The position numbers and the translations under genes are program-made. A stretch of 37,526 nucleotides of DNA from Candidatus Aerophobota bacterium. GTDB lineage: Bacteria; Aerophobota; Aerophobia; Aerophobales; AE-B3A. This document shows, piece after piece, positions 35,583 to 37,526 of the stretch. The notes below the pieces were generated by a model, which saw only the letters and a list, made by a program, of their open reading frames with translations, searched no databases and had not been told where the DNA came from. Every line of letters begins with the position of its first letter. Positions within the stretch are counted from its first letter, which is position 1. Location: assembly GCA_030602545.1 (NCBI GenBank), contig JAUVZN010000002.1:1-37526 (forward strand), in the 5' to 3' direction.

Positions 35583-36451
35583 ATGATCGTATCCAGCAGC
35601 CAGCAAAAGATTCACCTTGAGGAACGGCTGAGAGCGAAGACAATGGAGCAGATGTTCTTGGGATCCATCCAGGAAGGAGCTAACTGTCCGCCCTTGTTGC
35701 TCGGGCAATCCTGGATGTTGCAAAGTCCACCTTCAACCTCGGGGATGTAGGCAATGAGGACTTCAAAAAGATAAAACCCGGACAAATGAAGGTGATCGGG
35801 GTCTCCGCCTCGGAGCCGGCCGGAAAACCCCTGAAAGAGTGCCTCCTCGCAGAGGCGGTGATTACCCTCGACGGCGGAATAGAGGATCAGGCAACTCGTA
35901 TCGCTGGTGGCAAGAGCGGAGTTACAGCCCTTCGCCGAAAAAGACTCCTTCGTATTACCACCGAAGCACTGGAGCAGGATGTCCTTCTTACCCGGGAAGA
36001 TATCGCCTACAGGATTCTCAACTGCGGTGTACGCACCGCGACCCGTGATGTCAAGTACTTTCAGAAGCAAGACATTCATGTTCCCCTCAGAGGATGGTAT
36101 AAGGATATTGGTCCCACCATCACCCACAAAACTCAAGTTGTGGAGCACTTCATCAAACGGATTCAGCCTTCGGAAATTGGACGTAGGACCTACCATTCAC
36201 TGAAGGCGGTGGAGCGATACATTCTCCACTTTGCCAAGGTAGCCTATCTTACGTCTCAGTATGAGAGCAGTCTCTCATACTGAGAGATAGCCTTCCTGGT
36301 TGGCATCTGTGAGAGACTAGTCAAAGAGTATCAGAGTCTCTACCAGAGGTATAACAACTCTACCTATAGAGAGCGTCTCAGAGAGATTACCTCGCTAGCT
36401 CACGATTCCTCCCCCCCTCTCAAAGACAAAAAAGGGGGGAAACTCCCGTGA
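35583..36451 (+). pseudogene. DUF1670-type gene, disrupted by an N-terminal frameshift and an in-frame TGA
   Basis: ATG 35583 has AGGAGG 9 nt upstream. That frame stops at 35750, and the homologous continuation (ALVARAILDVAKSTF...PGQMKVIGVSASEPAGKPL...) is in the next frame from 35684. The core LLTREDIAYRILNCGVRTATRDVKYF...PLRGWYKDIGPTITHK...IGRRTYHSLKAVERYILHF matches my memory of DUF1670. After TGA 36281-83 the same frame continues EIAFLVGICERLVKEYQSLYQRY to 36451. Confidence 0.6.
36254..36285. repeat. perfect 14-bp inverted repeat with a 4-nt loop, containing the in-frame TGA of the first DUF1670 gene
   Basis: TCTCAGTATGAGAG (36254-67), loop CAGT, then CTCTCATACTGAGA (36272-85). Confidence 0.9.
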
Positions 36452-37252
36452 AACAAGACTGGCGAACTACCTACTACCGGCCAATGATGGGGAAGAGTTT
36501 TGAGGCTGCACTGACTCAGTTCGTCACCCGAGAGTTCCCGTTCCTTCAGGGAACTATGGTGGTGAGCCTTTTTGTCAAAGAGCTGAGAAGACTGGTTGAA
36601 GCCTATTATCCACCCACCTCGTATCTGAGGCCAGGGCAGATGATCTGGCTGGCAGTGAATAAGAATGAGAAACTGGGGTACAAGAAATCAATCACCGAAA
36701 CCAAAACAAAGCCTGTAGTTTTAACGATTCTTCATCCGGACGATATCTCGAAATACCTGAATGGTGTACTTCTAGGTGATATTAGACGCGATGCCTGGGT
36801 ACGCCTTTTCCAAGAGGCAGAGGAGCAAGGCGCAGTTCTCTCCGAGATCGATGTAGCTACCATCTCCAAGGTATGTCCAACTCTTGTATCCAGGCGCATT
36901 AGAGCTTACGAGAAGGAGCAGAGGACTATGGTACCTCGTAGGGGTACCATTCATGATCTGGGCCGAAGCGTTAGTCACAAAGCAACTATTTGCAGAAAGA
37001 AACTCACTGAGAACAAAAGCACCTCACAAATAGCCCAGGAGACCCATCATACTCCCGAAGCAGTAGACAGGTATCTCAAAGGACTCTCTCAGGTTGTCGA
37101 TCTGCACCAAAAGAGGAATGATCATCAAAGATATCTCGTTTGTCACCTCGATGAGTAACGGACTGGTTAAACAGTACGTGAAGCTGGCAAAGAGTCTTAA
37201 ACCAGACGACAGAGATTCTCTAAAACAGGCTCCCCAGGAGGAAGAAACTTGA
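36448..37252 (+). pseudogene. second DUF1670-type gene, frameshifted near its 3' end
   Basis: Its GTG start overlaps the upstream frame's stop (GTGA). The core is PGQMIWLAVNKNEKLGY..., GAVLSEIDVATISKVCPTLVSRRIRAYEKEQRTMVPRRGTIHDLGRSVSHK and IAQETHHTPEAVDRYLKG. The listed ORF stops at 37158. The conserved tail (GMIIKDISFVTSMSNGLVKQYVKLAKSL...) reads in another frame from 37118 to TGA 37250-52. Confidence 0.6.
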
Positions 37253-37526
37253 CTTTTGGTCAGGTGGCACCATTAGCAGTTTAAGCTCACAAAAAAGACA
37301 GCAGATCTCTTCTAAATCCTAGCAAGTATCGACTAGTTTCAGATGTTACTATTACTCCTGGGCAAATATTGGGGTCTAAATCGAAACGGGCTGACGCACC
37401 GGAATTGAGACTTGTGTTAGGGAATAAGTGTGGGACCAAACCTGAAGGTCCACCAGCCAGCGGCTTCCTCCTCAAACTGATCTGTCCTCTTTTGTATAAA
37501 AGTAGGATATCGACCGCTTTCTCCTA

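Noticed and set aside
35612-36196. 194-aa minus-strand ORF
   Set aside because: It lies antisense to the DUF1670 gene, whose conserved motifs read on the plus strand. It has no SD and no recognisable motif.
36281-36283. TGA as selenocysteine or programmed readthrough
   Set aside because: A bacterial SECIS hairpin lies immediately downstream of the UGA. Here the UGA sits in the 3' arm of the hairpin, and no conserved Cys or Sec position is expected at this site in the paralogue.

Overview
Bacterial chromosomal window with a mosaic composition. A signal-peptide beta-barrel gene ending in Phe suggests a diderm host. All calls come from reading the sequence and ORF translations and from remembered family motifs; no search was run.

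(1) 1-11.4 kb holds a BAAT-type hydrolase, a cation:proton antiporter, DUF167, a beta-lactamase-family serine hydrolase and an asdA-aspT pair (aspartate 4-decarboxylase plus aspartate:alanine antiporter). Gene wreckage lies between them: an anSME 3' remnant fused to DUF167, a 5'-truncated IS110 transposase next to an antiporter stub, and a split metallophosphoesterase.

(2) 12.2-25.7 kb holds an intact trpEGDCFBA operon, an outer-membrane beta-barrel gene, trxB, a Zn-dependent dehydrogenase and tctB-tctA-tctC. The trp leader has a consensus sigma-70 promoter and nine (G/U)AG triplets on a 5-nt lattice. These triplets overlap a mutually exclusive antiterminator/terminator pair, which is the design of a Bacillus-style TRAP attenuator.

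(3) 25.7-37.5 kb is an accessory region that looks higher in GC by eye and resembles a decayed integrated plasmid-like element. It contains:
- a membrane-anchored Zot-like P-loop ATPase with a C-terminal HTH, followed by a TTGGACA iteron array phased at 11 bp
- a 680-bp ORF-free stretch with two consensus promoters
- a secreted beta-propeller gene built from seven or eight near-identical tandem repeats
- a ParA remnant
- a 1191-aa SIR2-domain protein with a double-CxxC partner gene, which is the best candidate for a defence system
- two disrupted DUF1670-type genes

Every frame disruption lies in accessory or decayed genes, while the core operons are intact.
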